Source: Deinococcota bacterium (GTDB lineage: Bacteria > Deinococcota > Deinococci > Deinococcales > Thermaceae). From it: a stretch of 50,402 bases of DNA. The position numbers and the translations under genes were made by a program. Of the stretch, positions 30,584-42,315 are shown piece by piece; position 1 is the stretch's first letter; every line of letters begins with the position of its first letter. The notes under the pieces were generated by a model. It was not told the origin of the DNA and did no database searches. It saw only the letters and a list, made by a program, of their open reading frames with translations. Where the stretch lies: assembly GCA_041695225.1 (NCBI GenBank), contig JBGFRI010000010.1, forward strand, positions 1-50,402, read 5' to 3'.

Positions 30584-31973
30584 GATTGGCGATGTGAATA
30601 GCCTGCTTGTGCAGGTGCTCGGCAGCCTCCATGATGCCCTCGGACAAAGTGGGGTGGGCGTGTACCGTCAGGCCCAGGTCGGTAACGGTGGCGCCCATCT
30701 CCAGGGCCAGCCCTACCTCGGCGATCAGGTCAGAGGCGCTTGGCCCCACAATGTGGGCACCCAGCAGCAGGTCGGTCTCCCCGTCACCGACAAGCTTGAT
30801 TAGGCCATCGGTGGAGCCCAGGGTCATGGCCCGGCCCGAGGCCGAAAGGGGAAACCTGCCTACCTTCACTTTGTAGCCAGCTTTACTGGCCTCTTCCTCG
30901 GTCATACCCACTGCGGCCCACTCTGGGCTGGTATAGACCACGTTGGGCACGTGGTAGTCCATTACCGCATTGCCTCCGGCGGCGTTTTCGGCTGCAACCA
31001 GGCCCTCTTTCATGGCTTTGTGGGCCAGCAATGGCGGGCGGGTTACATCCCCAATAGCCCAGATGCCAGGTATGCTGGTCTCCATTTTTTCGTTAGTGAG
31101 CACGTAGCCGTGTTCGTCTAGCTTCACCCCAATAGCTTCCAGTCCCAGCCCCTTGCCCCTTGGCCGCCGCCCGGTGGCAACCAGAATCTTGTCTACCACC
31201 AGGGTCTCTTGTTTGGCGGTCTTGAGGTCTTCCAGGGTGACCACCAGGCCGTCCTTTTTCTTCTCTACCTTCTGAGCTTTGGTGTTGGTGCGGATTACCA
31301 GGCCTTGTTTAGTCAGGATTTTGGCCAGCAGGTTAGCAGTCTCGGGGTCGGCAGCAGGCAGAATTTGCCCCATAAACTCAACAAGGGTGACCTGGGCGCC
31401 CATGCGCTTATAAATCTGGGCGAACTCGAGGCCAATCGCACCCCCCCCAATACACAATAACCGTCGGGGAAACCCATCCTCTACCCGCAGCGCCCCGGTA
31501 GAATCCAGGATCTCTTTCTGATCAACCTCGAAGCCGGGTAAGGGGTTTGGCTCGGAGCCAGTGGCCACAATGAAAGCTTTGCCCTGGATGCGCTCACCCG
31601 CGACCTCGATGGTGTTTTTGTCCACGAATTTGGCGAAGCCGGTCTTCAGCTCGACCTTGTTGCCTTTGAAGAGCTGCGAGACCCCTCCGGTAAGTTTCTT
31701 GACAATGCCCTCACGCCAGCCTGCCAGTTTTTTCAAGTCCAGGCTGGCCTCCTTCACCTCCAGACCAAAGGCGCCTCCCTGTTTGGCGCCCTCCAGCTCC
31801 TCGGCGGCATGGAGCAGGGCCTTGGTAGGAATACAGCCCACATTCAAGCAGACCCCCCCCACCCGCTCGGCCTCCACCGCCAGCACTTTTTTGCCCAGTT
31901 GCGCTGCCCGGATGGCGGCGTGGTAGCCGCCAGGGCCGGTTCCGATCACGATCAGGTCGTAGTTTGTTGGCAT
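30579..31973 (-). CDS. lpdA: Dihydrolipoamide dehydrogenase (E3)
   Basis: GTGPGGY, GGVCLNVGCIPTK, GGGAIGLE, HAHPTLSE. Confidence 0.97.
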   Translation of the reverse strand: MPTNYDLIVIGTGPGGYHAAIRAAQLGKKVLAVEAERVGGVCLNVGCIPTKALLHAAEELEGAKQGGAFGLEVKEASLDLKKLAGWREGIVKKLTGGVSQLFKGNKVELKTGFAKFVDKNTIEVAGERIQGKAFIVATGSEPNPLPGFEVDQKEILDSTGALRVEDGFPRRLLCIGGGAIGLEFAQIYKRMGAQVTLVEFMGQILPAADPETANLLAKILTKQGLVIRTNTKAQKVEKKKDGLVVTLEDLKTAKQETLVVDKILVATGRRPRGKGLGLEAIGVKLDEHGYVLTNEKMETSIPGIWAIGDVTRPPLLAHKAMKEGLVAAENAAGGNAVMDYHVPNVVYTSPEWAAVGMTEEEASKAGYKVKVGRFPLSASGRAMTLGSTDGLIKLVGDGETDLLLGAHIVGPSASDLIAEVGLALEMGATVTDLGLTVHAHPTLSEGIMEAAEHLHKQAIHIANR

Positions 31974-32029
31974 AGTTAGTCCATTCTAGTGAGTGATAGC
32001 GTGAAAAACAAAATCTGCCTGGTGAAAAA

Positions 32030-33463
32030 CTATAAAACTTCCAGAAAGAGCCGCTCGGGCCTTTCTAAGAGCCGGATCACTTCCTTGCAGAACCTGGCCG
32101 CCTCGGCGCCATCCACCAGCCGGTGGTCGAACGAGAGCGAAAGGTACATCATCTGTCGCACTACAATCTGGTCAGAGGGGTCTACCACTGGGCGCTTGTG
32201 GATAGAGTGGATGCCCAGGATGGCCGCATCCGGCACGTTGATGATGGGGAAGCTGAACAAGGCCCCAATACTGCCGATATTGGTCACGCTGAAGGTAGAG
32301 CCAGATATCTCTTCGGGGCTTAGCTTGCCGCTGCGGGCTTTGTCGGCTAGCAAGTTAATTTCGTTGGCCAGCTCGAGTATGCTCTTGCGGTCTACCTCGC
32401 GCAGCACCGGTACAATCAGACCATTTTCGGCGGCTACCGCCATACCGATGTTGTAATAGTTTTTCTGCACCACCTCCTGCCGGGCCTCGTCGAGCGAACT
32501 GTTGAGCGAGGGAAACTTCTTCAAGGCAGCGACCACGGCCTTAAAGATGAAAGGCAGGTAGCTGAGCCTGACCCCCTGGGCCTCGGCATCGGTTTTCAGC
32601 CGAGCCCGCATGGCGACCAGTTCGGTCATATCTACCTCGTCTACCGAAAGGGTACGCACGGTATAAAGGTGCGAGGCCAGCATCTGGTTGGAGATGGCCC
32701 GCCGCACGCCGCGCAGTTGAACCCGGGTTTCGCGGTCTTCGTATCCCCTGGGGGTTTTGTACTGCACCGGGTTTACACCCAGGGACGTGGGCCTGGCCTC
32801 CGGTGGTGCGGGCTGGGGGGTTGCGATAGTCTCCAGGTAGCTGGTTTTTGACCCCTGATCTGCGGCGTAGCTCTTGACATCGGCCACTCTTACCCGACCA
32901 TTGGGGCCAGAGCCGGGAATGCGGGCTATATCCAGCCCTAGTTCGCGGGCCAGCTTGCGGGCGGCCGGCACCGCGATAACCCGGCCAGGGGCTAAGGGTG
33001 TCTGGCCCTGTGGTGGCAGAGTGGGGGCTGTGCTAAAGGGATTCTTCACCTGCTCCTGCCTGCCATCGGGTCTGAAAAGTGAAAGGCTGGCGCCGTCGTC
33101 TTCGATTACCCTGCCCGGCTCTACAATAGAGCGTTCTTCCTGGGCCTGTAGGCTGGGGCTTGCCCTGCCTTGCTCGGAGGGGGGGGCGTCCGGTTTCTGG
33201 TCGCTGATAGGGGCTGTTACCTCGCCCGGCTCGGCGATCAGGGCAATGGAGGCATGTACCGGCACCACATCGCCTTCTTTCACCAGCTTCTGTAACAAGA
33301 CACCCTCGTAAGGGCTGGGCAGCTCCACCGTGACTTTGTCGGTCATGACCTCGACAAAGGGCTGATCTTTTTTCAGCTTATCGCCTTCGTTGACCAACCA
33401 CCGGAGAATTTCGCCTTCGACAACTGACTCAGCCAGCTCGGGTAAAACCACTTCTTTGGGCAT
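32030..33463 (-). CDS. Dihydrolipoamide acyltransferase (E2)
   Basis: Lipoyl domain EVMTDKV, subunit-binding AVPAARKLARELGLDI, catalytic DHRLVDG. Confidence 0.95.
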   Translation of the reverse strand: MPKEVVLPELAESVVEGEILRWLVNEGDKLKKDQPFVEVMTDKVTVELPSPYEGVLLQKLVKEGDVVPVHASIALIAEPGEVTAPISDQKPDAPPSEQGRASPSLQAQEERSIVEPGRVIEDDGASLSLFRPDGRQEQVKNPFSTAPTLPPQGQTPLAPGRVIAVPAARKLARELGLDIARIPGSGPNGRVRVADVKSYAADQGSKTSYLETIATPQPAPPEARPTSLGVNPVQYKTPRGYEDRETRVQLRGVRRAISNQMLASHLYTVRTLSVDEVDMTELVAMRARLKTDAEAQGVRLSYLPFIFKAVVAALKKFPSLNSSLDEARQEVVQKNYYNIGMAVAAENGLIVPVLREVDRKSILELANEINLLADKARSGKLSPEEISGSTFSVTNIGSIGALFSFPIINVPDAAILGIHSIHKRPVVDPSDQIVVRQMMYLSLSFDHRLVDGAEAARFCKEVIRLLERPERLFLEVL

Positions 33464-33618
33464 AGCACTCCTTTATCGCCGTCTTAGATTATGCTGTCAG
33501 ACCCCTCTAGGCACCAGCATAACCTGCGTCTGGTGGCCCGAGACAGGGCGTTTGCTTCCCAGAATTCTCTGACCCGGGCACTGGCCTCGAGGCAATTTGG
33601 GGGCGACTTTGTTCATGC

Positions 33619-34593
33619 TCAGTAGTCCAGCAGCTTCTTGGCAGCATTCAGGATGCGCGTTACGGTAGGCATGTAGAGCTTGTCCTGGGCCAACGGGTAG
33701 GGAGTATCGAACCCGGTCACCCGCAGGGGTGGGGCCAGCAACTGATCAAACAGCTCCTCCGAGACCGTCGCGGTTACTTCCGATGCAATGCTAGCCATGC
33801 GCGGCGCTTCAGAGATCATTAGCAAGCGCCCGGTCTTGGCTACCGAGTTCAAGACGGCCTCTTTGTCCCAGGGCATCACGCTGCGCAGGTCAATTACCTC
33901 GGCCTTTAGGCCAGCCGCTGCCATCTCGTCGGCGGCTTTGAGGGTTTCTACCATAGGGCCGCCATAGGAGACCAGGGTGAGAGCGTCTCCCTGACGGCGG
34001 AGGGCAGCCTTGCCAATGGGAATCAGGTAATCGTCGCCGGGTACTTCTTCTTTGATGGCCCGGTACAGGCGTTTGGGCTCCATGAAGACCACGGGATCGT
34101 CGTCGCGGACAGCTGTTTTCAGCAGTCCTTTGGCGTCGTATGGGGTCGAGACCACCACCACCTTTAGCCCCGCAGTGTGGGCGAAGTGGGCCTCGGGGCT
34201 CTGGGAGTGGTGATGTCCGCCTTTTACCCCGCCGCCGGTGGGCATCCGCACCACCATGGGAGCAGTAAACTGGCCTCCCGAGCGGTAGCGCAGCTTGGCG
34301 GCCTGGGAGAAAAGCTGGTCAATACCGGGGAAGACATAGTCGGCGAACTGAATCTCGGCCACTGGGCGCATACCGTGTGTTGCCAGCCCCACCGCCGCGC
34401 CTAAAATTGCCGCTTCGGAAAGGGGAGAGTCCATTACCCGGTCGGGACCGTATTTTTGCTGCAAACCTTCGGTGGCCAGAAAGACCCCACCACGCTTGCC
34501 CACATCCTCACCCAGCAGCATCACCCGCTGGTCGCGGCTCATTTCTTCGTCCAGGGCGTTATTGATGGCCTGGACCATGGTCATGTTTGGCAT
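33619..34593 (-). CDS. Branched-chain 2-oxoacid dehydrogenase E1 beta subunit
   Basis: [43 protein letters not shown] at 34593 after GGAGG. Confidence 0.92.
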   Translation of the reverse strand: MPNMTMVQAINNALDEEMSRDQRVMLLGEDVGKRGGVFLATEGLQQKYGPDRVMDSPLSEAAILGAAVGLATHGMRPVAEIQFADYVFPGIDQLFSQAAKLRYRSGGQFTAPMVVRMPTGGGVKGGHHHSQSPEAHFAHTAGLKVVVVSTPYDAKGLLKTAVRDDDPVVFMEPKRLYRAIKEEVPGDDYLIPIGKAALRRQGDALTLVSYGGPMVETLKAADEMAAAGLKAEVIDLRSVMPWDKEAVLNSVAKTGRLLMISEAPRMASIASEVTATVSEELFDQLLAPPLRVTGFDTPYPLAQDKLYMPTVTRILNAAKKLLDY

Positions 34594-34602
34594 ATAACCT
34601 CC

Positions 34603-34670
34603 GTCGCAGGTCACAGGTCGCATGTCAACAGAGGCTTTTGGCCTGAGACATGAGACCCGCGACCTGAGAC
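34603..34670. repeat. Inverted heptamer array forming a 24-bp hairpin between E1 alpha and E1 beta
   Basis: mRNA strand GTCTCAGGTCGCGGGTCTCATGTC...GACATGCGACCTGTGACCTGCGAC. Confidence 0.88.
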
Positions 34671-34671
34671 A

Positions 34672-35885
<1,214 letters not shown>

Positions 35886-36082
35886 AAGAACCCGGCTGCG
35901 CTCTGGTATACCGGGCCAGAGGTTTTGCAGGAGCCAGTATTGTGAAGGCGCCAGGCTCGCACTATGCATACCAACCTCTTGGTACAAAAGATTATAGCGG
36001 GTTTTACCAGGTGCGATTGAGGTCGCAACTGAATGGGCCAAACTAGCCTAAAGCGGGGTGTATCCTGGATGTGAACAACTCT

Positions 36083-36520
36083 ATGAAGCTGCGAGTCTGT
36101 GCTATTGGAAAGCCAAGACTGGAGTTTGCCCGGGCCGGGCTGGAGGAGTACGCCAGCCGCTTGCGCAGGTATGTCAGGCTCGAGCTCCTCTACCTGAAGG
36201 AAGGCAACCCGGCCCAGGAAGGCTCTCGCTTGTTGGAAGCCTCGCAGGGCTACAAACGGGTGGTGCTGGACCAGCGTGGCCAGCTGGTAGATACGCTCAA
36301 CCTCAAAGCTCGCTTCGAAGACTGGGAGATGCGGGCCGAAAAAGGGGCGGCTTTCTTAATCGGGGGCGCTGAGGGACACACTGGCCTTGTGCGAGATCAG
36401 GCCGACTGGGTCTGGTCTTTATCCCCCCTAACACTGCAACACGAGCTGGCCCTATTACTGCTGCTGGAGCAGCTTTACCGCCTAAACACGCTCAAGCGCG
36501 GCGAGCCCTATCACCGCTAA
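36083..36520 (+). CDS. rlmH: 23S rRNA pseudouridine-1915 N3-methyltransferase
   Basis: MKLRV.AIGK, FLIGGAEG, SLSPLTLQHELA.LLLLEQLYR, GEPYHR. Confidence 0.95.
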   Translation: MKLRVCAIGKPRLEFARAGLEEYASRLRRYVRLELLYLKEGNPAQEGSRLLEASQGYKRVVLDQRGQLVDTLNLKARFEDWEMRAEKGAAFLIGGAEGHTGLVRDQADWVWSLSPLTLQHELALLLLLEQLYRLNTLKRGEPYHR

Positions 36521-36590
36521 AGTTATTAGACCCCGTGCTGTGACTTGCTACGCTCGGGCCTGAGCCCTAATGCCACCGCTCTTGGGTTTT

Positions 36591-36622
36591 GGCCTTCGAC
36601 CTTCGTCTTTAGACCTTCGACC
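36591..36622. repeat. Short heptamer array (CCTTCGA type)
   Basis: ggccttcgaccttcgtctttagaccttcgacc. Confidence 0.75.
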
Positions 36623-36631
36623 AAGCGCATT

Positions 36632-36705
36632 GGAGAGGTCGTAAACCCATCGGCCGGCGGGGCGATCTGGATTGCTTCACGCCGTACGAGCTCTTGCAAC
36701 GACGG
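36632..36705 (+). repeat. Dispersed repeat, family B
   Basis: GGAGAGGTCGTAAACCCATCGGCCGGCGGGGCGATCTGGATTGCTTC...TTGCAACGACGG, similar to 47835-47903 and to the reverse complement of 10212-10256. Confidence 0.75.
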
Positions 36706-36723
36706 AAAAATTCACTCCCGCTG

Positions 36724-37905
36724 TCATTTTGTCGCCGACCAATCCCTGAGGGCCAGGGGGGCATAAGCGGCCACTGCTAAGGCCAGCAGCAATGCCCAGG
36801 CCAGCAAGGCTACCGAGTAGCCCCAGGCTCCGAGCACGAGGCCAATTCCCCACTGTAGCAAGAAGACTCCCATAAAGAGCATAAAGTTGATGGAGGTAAC
36901 CGCCCGGCCGGTGAGTTCGGTGGGGAAGACCAGCCGGGCCTGAACCTGCATCAGGATATTGAAGGCTCCAAAATAGCCCATCAGGGCATAGATAACATAG
37001 ACTCCTGGTATGGGCATCTGGGTCCACAGGCCCAGCAGGGCAGGGCCCAGGGTGAAGATACCGCCCGCAACCAGCATTACCCTGGATACCCCCAGCCGCT
37101 CGGAGAGTGGGCCGCAGGTTAGAAAACCCAGGATTGCTGCCATGGAAAAAACCAGCAGTATAACCCCTACCTCGAGGCTTCCCAGCCCATGCACCTTGAA
37201 AAGAAAGTCTCCCCCCCACAGGGTCTGCCAGGCCAGGAAACCGCCGCCCACCACGAAAACCAGACCGCTCATACGCCAGAAGGCCGAACTCCTCCAGATC
37301 TGAGCGGCGCTGACAGCCCTACCACCGCGGGGCAGCTGCGTACCCGGCGGGGAGTTGCGCACAACCACGGCCACTAACACCGCCACCAGTGCAATCACCA
37401 GCGCACCCCACTCAAAGACTCCTCGCCAGCCTACAAACTCCTTGATCCAGGCTAGCGGGGCCGCCGCGGCCAGTGCGCCAGTAGCGCCGATACCCACGTA
37501 CAGGCTGACCACCGTGGCATAGCGCCCGGGAGGGAACCACAAAGAAAAGGCCTTGAGCGCCCCGGTATAAACGGCGGCAAAGCCAAGGCCCATCAGGGCG
37601 CGCCCTATCCCGAGTTCAGTGAAATCCTGGGTAAAGGCAAAAATCAGCGCTCCGCCTGCCCCAATTAGCATGAGGGCGGGGTTGACAAAACGCGGGCCAT
37701 AGCGGTCTAACAAGGGGCCCAAGGGAAGCTGAGCCAGGGCAAAAGTCACAAAAAACAGGCTGGTCATCAGGCCCAGGTCGGCTGGGGTGAGCCCAAGTTC
37801 TTGCTGCAGATCGGGGGCGATCACCGCGTTGGTCGCCCGGAAGAAATACGACAGGAAGTATGCCACTAAGAGCACAAGAAAAATCTGCACGGCAGTAGAG
37901 GGCAT
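36724..37905 (-). CDS. MFS transporter
   Basis: About 12 TM helices, motif A GPLLDRYGPR, repeated as GPLSERLG. Confidence 0.92.
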   Translation of the reverse strand: MPSTAVQIFLVLLVAYFLSYFFRATNAVIAPDLQQELGLTPADLGLMTSLFFVTFALAQLPLGPLLDRYGPRFVNPALMLIGAGGALIFAFTQDFTELGIGRALMGLGFAAVYTGALKAFSLWFPPGRYATVVSLYVGIGATGALAAAAPLAWIKEFVGWRGVFEWGALVIALVAVLVAVVVRNSPPGTQLPRGGRAVSAAQIWRSSAFWRMSGLVFVVGGGFLAWQTLWGGDFLFKVHGLGSLEVGVILLVFSMAAILGFLTCGPLSERLGVSRVMLVAGGIFTLGPALLGLWTQMPIPGVYVIYALMGYFGAFNILMQVQARLVFPTELTGRAVTSINFMLFMGVFLLQWGIGLVLGAWGYSVALLAWALLLALAVAAYAPLALRDWSATK

Positions 37906-37926
37906 GGCTCCCCTATCCTAATGGGT

Positions 37927-38253
37927 ATGAAAGCAAACCCTTCTTCGGCGCTGGGGCTCGAGCTGTTGGGTGGCATTCTGGTGGTGCTGGGCACGCTGCT
38001 GGCCTGGCTGGCCTTCAGCCTGGCCAACCAGACCATTGACCCCAACCTGGACAAAAACCTGATGCGCATCCGGGTGGACTTCCCAGGCTTCTTGGATGGA
38101 GTGGCCCGCCACCTCGCGGTAGCGGGCGCGTGGATGGCAGGGGTGGGGGCGGTGCTCTTTTTTGGGGCCAGCTATCTGGTGCTGTTCTTCCGGGTGGTGC
38201 TGGGGCTAGCTGCCATGTTTGCGCTGGGGGTCTGGGCCTGGCTGGCGCTTTAG
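37927..38253 (+). CDS. Hypothetical small membrane protein (alternative ATG 37921)
   Basis: Three hydrophobic segments; ATG 7 nt after TATCCT. Confidence 0.65.
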   Translation: MKANPSSALGLELLGGILVVLGTLLAWLAFSLANQTIDPNLDKNLMRIRVDFPGFLDGVARHLAVAGAWMAGVGAVLFFGASYLVLFFRVVLGLAAMFALGVWAWLAL

Positions 38254-38434
38254 GCTCAGCAGTTCGGCGGCGCCGCCCTCAAAGTTGCGCGGGACCAGTC
38301 GTACCTCGTGGATGTTTTAGGAAAGGGTTTTGAGGGTGGTGTTGAGTGGAACGCTGTTGCCCAAACTCTCATGCTCCCACCCAGGGTCTGGGTAGTATCA
38401 GCCGTCTAGGCGGTGATAAGCCCAGCCGGGGCTC

Positions 38435-38720
38435 GCACACCCTCGCGGAGGCCGCCTGGCCAAAGAATCTGGGGCGCTTAAGTCCGCCGCATTCAAGCAG
38501 CACCGCACCTCAGACCCTTCACTTCGTTCACGGTGACACCGGCACTCTTTTCTGCCATCATGCGAAAGGCGTAGCACCAGGACAGGGGCCTATCGAAAAG
38601 CGGAATTGGCCTTTCGCGCAGTCACCAAATTACCGAGGTGTCATTCTGAGGCCTTAAGGCCGAAGAATCTGATGCGCACAAGTCCACGGCATTCAGGCGG
38701 TGCTGCGTCAGCCCCTTTAG
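38435..38720. repeat. Duplicated REP-like unit (GTCATTCTGAG...GAAGAATCT and AGACCCTTCACTTCGTTCA.GGTGACA palindromes)
   Basis: Two diverged ~80-bp copies near 38448-38520 and 38649-38718. Confidence 0.65.
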
Positions 38721-39155
38721 CGCTGTTGTGAGCCTGCCCTGCTTGCCCCGTGGCTGGCTTGACCTGGGCTGGGCGAGGCCGTGGCGGAGACAAGTTTAGC
38801 GTCGGTGGTAGCGCGTTTGATTGAAGGTCTGGCCTTGACTACAGCCGTTGACCATGACGCTGGCAATGCTGATAGTTTTAGAGAGTTGTCCAGACCACGC
38901 CGGTAGCTACCGACCAAGCCCGCGTGGATGGCGAAAAAAGTGATGGTCGCGGTTGGCCCTGGTCGCTGCGCCCCAGATCAAAAGGGCAAAAATCCCATGT
39001 GACTCCAGCACTTTCAACTGCCTGGCGGTCTTGCGCTGGCGTTGTTGACAAATTTAGTTGATGGTGGGGTAGGCTTTGCAGGCTACTATGCTGCGCTACT
39101 TTGCCGTCGACCAAGCTCGGCTGCAAAACCGGGACGTTCCTCCATCTGAGGTCGC

Positions 39156-39189
39156 TGGTATACTTCCAACGAAGTGAGGTTTTGCACAG
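39156..39189 (+). promoter_or_regulatory. pnt promoter (extended -10 TGgTATACT) with possible Rex-type operator
   Basis: TATACT 39159-39164; AAGTGAGGTTTTGCACAG 39172-39189 partly matches TTGTGAAN4TTCACAA. Confidence 0.4.
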
Positions 39190-39213
39190 AACTCTACGTT
39201 TTGAGGAGGTCAG

Positions 39214-40338
39214 ATGGTTCAAGTTGCAGTACCCAAAGAAACCGCCTTAGGCGAACGGCGGGTAGCACTCACCCCGGAAGTGGTGGGCAGGCTCTACAAA
39301 GAGGGTTGGCAGGTCAGGCTCGAGACCAGCGCCGGCCTAGAGGCGCACTTTCCCGACGAGGCCTACCGAAAAGCTGGGGCCGAGATTCTGCCCAGGGATC
39401 AGCTCTTTCAGGGGGCGCAGGTGGTCTTTACGGTACAGCCCCTGGAGCAAGCCGACCTGGGCCGGCTCGAGGCCGGTACGGTGCTGGCGGGGCTGCTGGC
39501 GCCCCACCGCAGCCCAGAGCGGGTACAGGCCATGGCCCGGGGCAGGATCTCGGCTATCGCCATGGAGCTGATTCCCCGGATTACCCGCGCCCAGAGTATG
39601 GATGTGCTCTCCTCACAGGCTACGGTGGCAGGGTATGTGGCCACCCTGATTGCTGCCCAGAGCAGCAGCCGTTTCTTCCCCATGCTGACCACGGCCGCGG
39701 GCACCATCCGCCCGGCCAAGGTGCTGGTAATGGGGGTGGGGGTAGCTGGCTTGCAGGCCATTGCCACGGCCCGGCGTCTGGGGGCCAACGTCTGGGCCTA
39801 CGACGTGCGCCAGGCCGCTGCCGAGCAGGCCCTGTCGCTGGGTGCCAAGGTAATTTCGCTGCCTATCAGCGCCGAGGGCGAGGGTGGCTATGCCCGCGAA
39901 CTCACCGAGGAAGAAAAGCAGACCCAGCAGGCTGCCCTGACCAAAGAGGTAAGCAGCATGGATGTGGTGATTACCACCGCGCAAATTCCGGGCCGCAAGG
40001 CGCCCACGCTGATCACCAAAGAGATGCTCGCCGGCATGAACCCCGGCGCGGTGGTGGTGGATCTGGCCGCCGAGTCGGGGGGCAACTGCGAACTAACCCA
40101 GCCCGGGCAGACGGTAATGGTGGGCGGGGTCAGTGTGGTAGGGCCGCTCAACCTGCCCAGTACACTCTCGATACATGCTAGCGAGATGTACGCTAAAAAT
40201 CTCTACAACCTGTCCAAACTGCTTATCAAGAACAAAGAGCTGGCCCCCGACTGGACCGACGAGATTCTGGCGGGCGCGCTGCTCACACATCAAGGCGAGA
40301 TTACCCATGCGCCAACCCGGGCGCTGGTAGGAGGCTAA
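39214..40338 (+). CDS. pntAA: NAD(P) transhydrogenase subunit alpha part 1
   Basis: VPKET..GERRVALTPE, RITRAQSMDVLSSQ, GVGVAGLQA, GGYARE, DLAAESGGNCE. Confidence 0.96.
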   Translation: MVQVAVPKETALGERRVALTPEVVGRLYKEGWQVRLETSAGLEAHFPDEAYRKAGAEILPRDQLFQGAQVVFTVQPLEQADLGRLEAGTVLAGLLAPHRSPERVQAMARGRISAIAMELIPRITRAQSMDVLSSQATVAGYVATLIAAQSSSRFFPMLTTAAGTIRPAKVLVMGVGVAGLQAIATARRLGANVWAYDVRQAAAEQALSLGAKVISLPISAEGEGGYARELTEEEKQTQQAALTKEVSSMDVVITTAQIPGRKAPTLITKEMLAGMNPGAVVVDLAAESGGNCELTQPGQTVMVGGVSVVGPLNLPSTLSIHASEMYAKNLYNLSKLLIKNKELAPDWTDEILAGALLTHQGEITHAPTRALVGG

Positions 40339-40340
40339 AC

Positions 40341-40628
40341 ATGGACCCTGCATGGGCTGCTCTGTACATTTTTTTGTTGGCGGCTGCCACCGGTTACGAG
40401 GTGATTAGCCGAGTTCCGGTAATTTTGCACACCCCGCTGATGTCGGGCTCTAACTTTATCCACGGGATTGTGGTGGTGGGGGCGATGGTGATCCTGGGCA
40501 AGGCCGATACGCCGGTTGAACAGGCCATAGGCTTTGTGGGTGTGGTTCTGGGTGCCGCCAATGCCGCCGGTGGCTATGTAGTGACCGAACGCATGCTCGA
40601 GATGTTTGAGCGCAAGCCAAAGAGTTGA
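40341..40628 (+). CDS. pntAB: NAD(P) transhydrogenase subunit alpha part 2
   Basis: VPVILHTPLMSGSNFIHG, GGYVVTERMLEMF. Confidence 0.95.
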   Translation: MDPAWAALYIFLLAAATGYEVISRVPVILHTPLMSGSNFIHGIVVVGAMVILGKADTPVEQAIGFVGVVLGAANAAGGYVVTERMLEMFERKPKS

Positions 40629-40633
40629 GCCAT

Positions 40634-41992
40634 ATGGGAAACCTTGTCGAACTTGCATACTTCCTGACGGCCCTGCTCTTTATCCTGGGCCTCAAACGCA
40701 TGGCCTCACCGGCGACCGCCCGTAGCGGGATGGTCTGGGCCGGGGTTGCCATGGTAGTTGCTACCCTGGTCACCTTTTTGACACCAGGAATGGAGAACTT
40801 TGGTTTGATGATTCTGGCCCTGATCATCGGCACGGTGGTGGCCTGGGTGGCTGCCAAAAAGGTGCAGATGACCGATATGCCCCAGATGGTGGCCATCTAC
40901 AACGGCATGGGGGGTGGCGCTGCGGGCGCCATTGCAGCGGTGGTTCTGCTGCGCGGAGAGTACGGGGGCGATCTGGGCCTGAAGTTTCTGGCTATTCTGG
41001 GGGGCCTGATTGGCTCTGTTGCCTTTAGCGGCAGCATCGTGGCTTTTGCCAAGCTGCAAGGGCTGATGCCCGGCCGTCCGATTCAGTTTCCTGGCCAGAA
41101 ACCGCTCAACGTGGTAGTGCTGCTGGCGGCGCTGGTGCTGGTAGTGGTACTGATGCCGCAAGAATCACCCCTGCTGATACTGGTGTTTTTCGTCCTGGCG
41201 CTGTCTTTTGGGGTGCTGATGACCCTGCCCATTGGCGGAGGTGACATGCCGGTGGCGGTCTCGCTCTTTAATGCGATGACCGGCCTGGCGGTGGGCTTTG
41301 AGGGGTTCGCCATTGGCAATGCCGCGCTGATAGTGGCTGGAACGGTAGTAGGGGCCGCAGGTACTCTGCTGACCCTGCTGATGGCCAAGGCCATGAACCG
41401 CAGCCTCTGGAGTGTGCTGGTAGGGGGGTTTGGGGTTGAGCAAGAGACCGGGGAGGTCAAAGGTAGCATTAAGTCCATTGACCTCGAGGATGCGGTGGTG
41501 ATGCTGGGGTATGCCTCGAGGGTCATCTTTGTCCCCGGCTACGGGATGGCGGTGGCCCAGGCCCAGCACAAGTTGCGCGAGGTCGCGGATGTGCTGGAGT
41601 CCAAAGGCGTGCGGGTAGACTATGCCATTCACCCGGTGGCAGGCCGGATGCCCGGCCACATGAACGTGCTGCTGGCCGAGGCGGGGGTGGCCTATGAGAA
41701 GCTGCACGACCTCGAGGACATTAACCCCGAGTTCCCCCAGGCCGATGTGGCGGTGGTAATTGGGGCCAACGACGTGGTAAACCCCGCTGCCCATCGCAAG
41801 GGCTCACCGCTCTACGGAATGCCCATCCTGGACGTAGATAAGGCCAAAAATGCCATTGTCATCAAGCGTGGGCAGGGCAAGGGCTTTGCTGGAGTCGAAA
41901 ACGAGCTATTCTTCGCCGACAACACCCGGATGCTTTACGGCGATGCCCAGAGTGTGCTGGGGCAGCTAGTGCAGTCGCTCAAAAAGCTGTAA
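40634..41992 (+). CDS. pntB: NAD(P) transhydrogenase subunit beta (alternative TTG 40625)
   Basis: MTDMPQMVA, PIGGGDMPV, VPGYGMAVAQAQ, HPVAGRMPGHMNVLLAEA, GANDVVNP. Confidence 0.96.
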   Translation: MGNLVELAYFLTALLFILGLKRMASPATARSGMVWAGVAMVVATLVTFLTPGMENFGLMILALIIGTVVAWVAAKKVQMTDMPQMVAIYNGMGGGAAGAIAAVVLLRGEYGGDLGLKFLAILGGLIGSVAFSGSIVAFAKLQGLMPGRPIQFPGQKPLNVVVLLAALVLVVVLMPQESPLLILVFFVLALSFGVLMTLPIGGGDMPVAVSLFNAMTGLAVGFEGFAIGNAALIVAGTVVGAAGTLLTLLMAKAMNRSLWSVLVGGFGVEQETGEVKGSIKSIDLEDAVVMLGYASRVIFVPGYGMAVAQAQHKLREVADVLESKGVRVDYAIHPVAGRMPGHMNVLLAEAGVAYEKLHDLEDINPEFPQADVAVVIGANDVVNPAAHRKGSPLYGMPILDVDKAKNAIVIKRGQGKGFAGVENELFFADNTRMLYGDAQSVLGQLVQSLKKL

Positions 41993-42009
41993 CCTCGCTC
42001 CTTCCAACC

Positions 42010-42055
42010 GGGCCGTGCTACCAAGCTGTGAGTCGCACGGCCCATTTACTTTCTT
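42010..42055 (+). terminator. Probable terminator after pntB
   Basis: GGGCCGTGC...GCACGGCCC stem followed by ATTTACTTTCTT. Confidence 0.6.
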
Positions 42056-42315
42056 CAAAGAAAGCAATGTTGCAGGGTCCAAGGAAGCGTCGTCTGGACA
42101 TGGCGCACTTGCCAAGTGTTTACCTCGACAAGGCTAGGCGGCTGGCAGGCTTAACTTCTGGGGCTTCGTCTGGCAGGGTAAGCCTGTGAGGGCCTGACCT
42201 GCAATGCCCTCGCGTGGCTGATCTGGTATGGTGCAGTTCAGACCTTCCCCTTTGCCAAGGGGGCGGCCGATGGTTGGGGCGATCGTTAAGCCCAACAGTC
42301 GTGTCCGGCTGGTCA

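Noticed and set aside
39174..40181. 335-aa same-strand overlapping ORF in pntAA
   Set aside because: Alternative frame rich in Gly/Arg/Pro, as expected from GC3 bias
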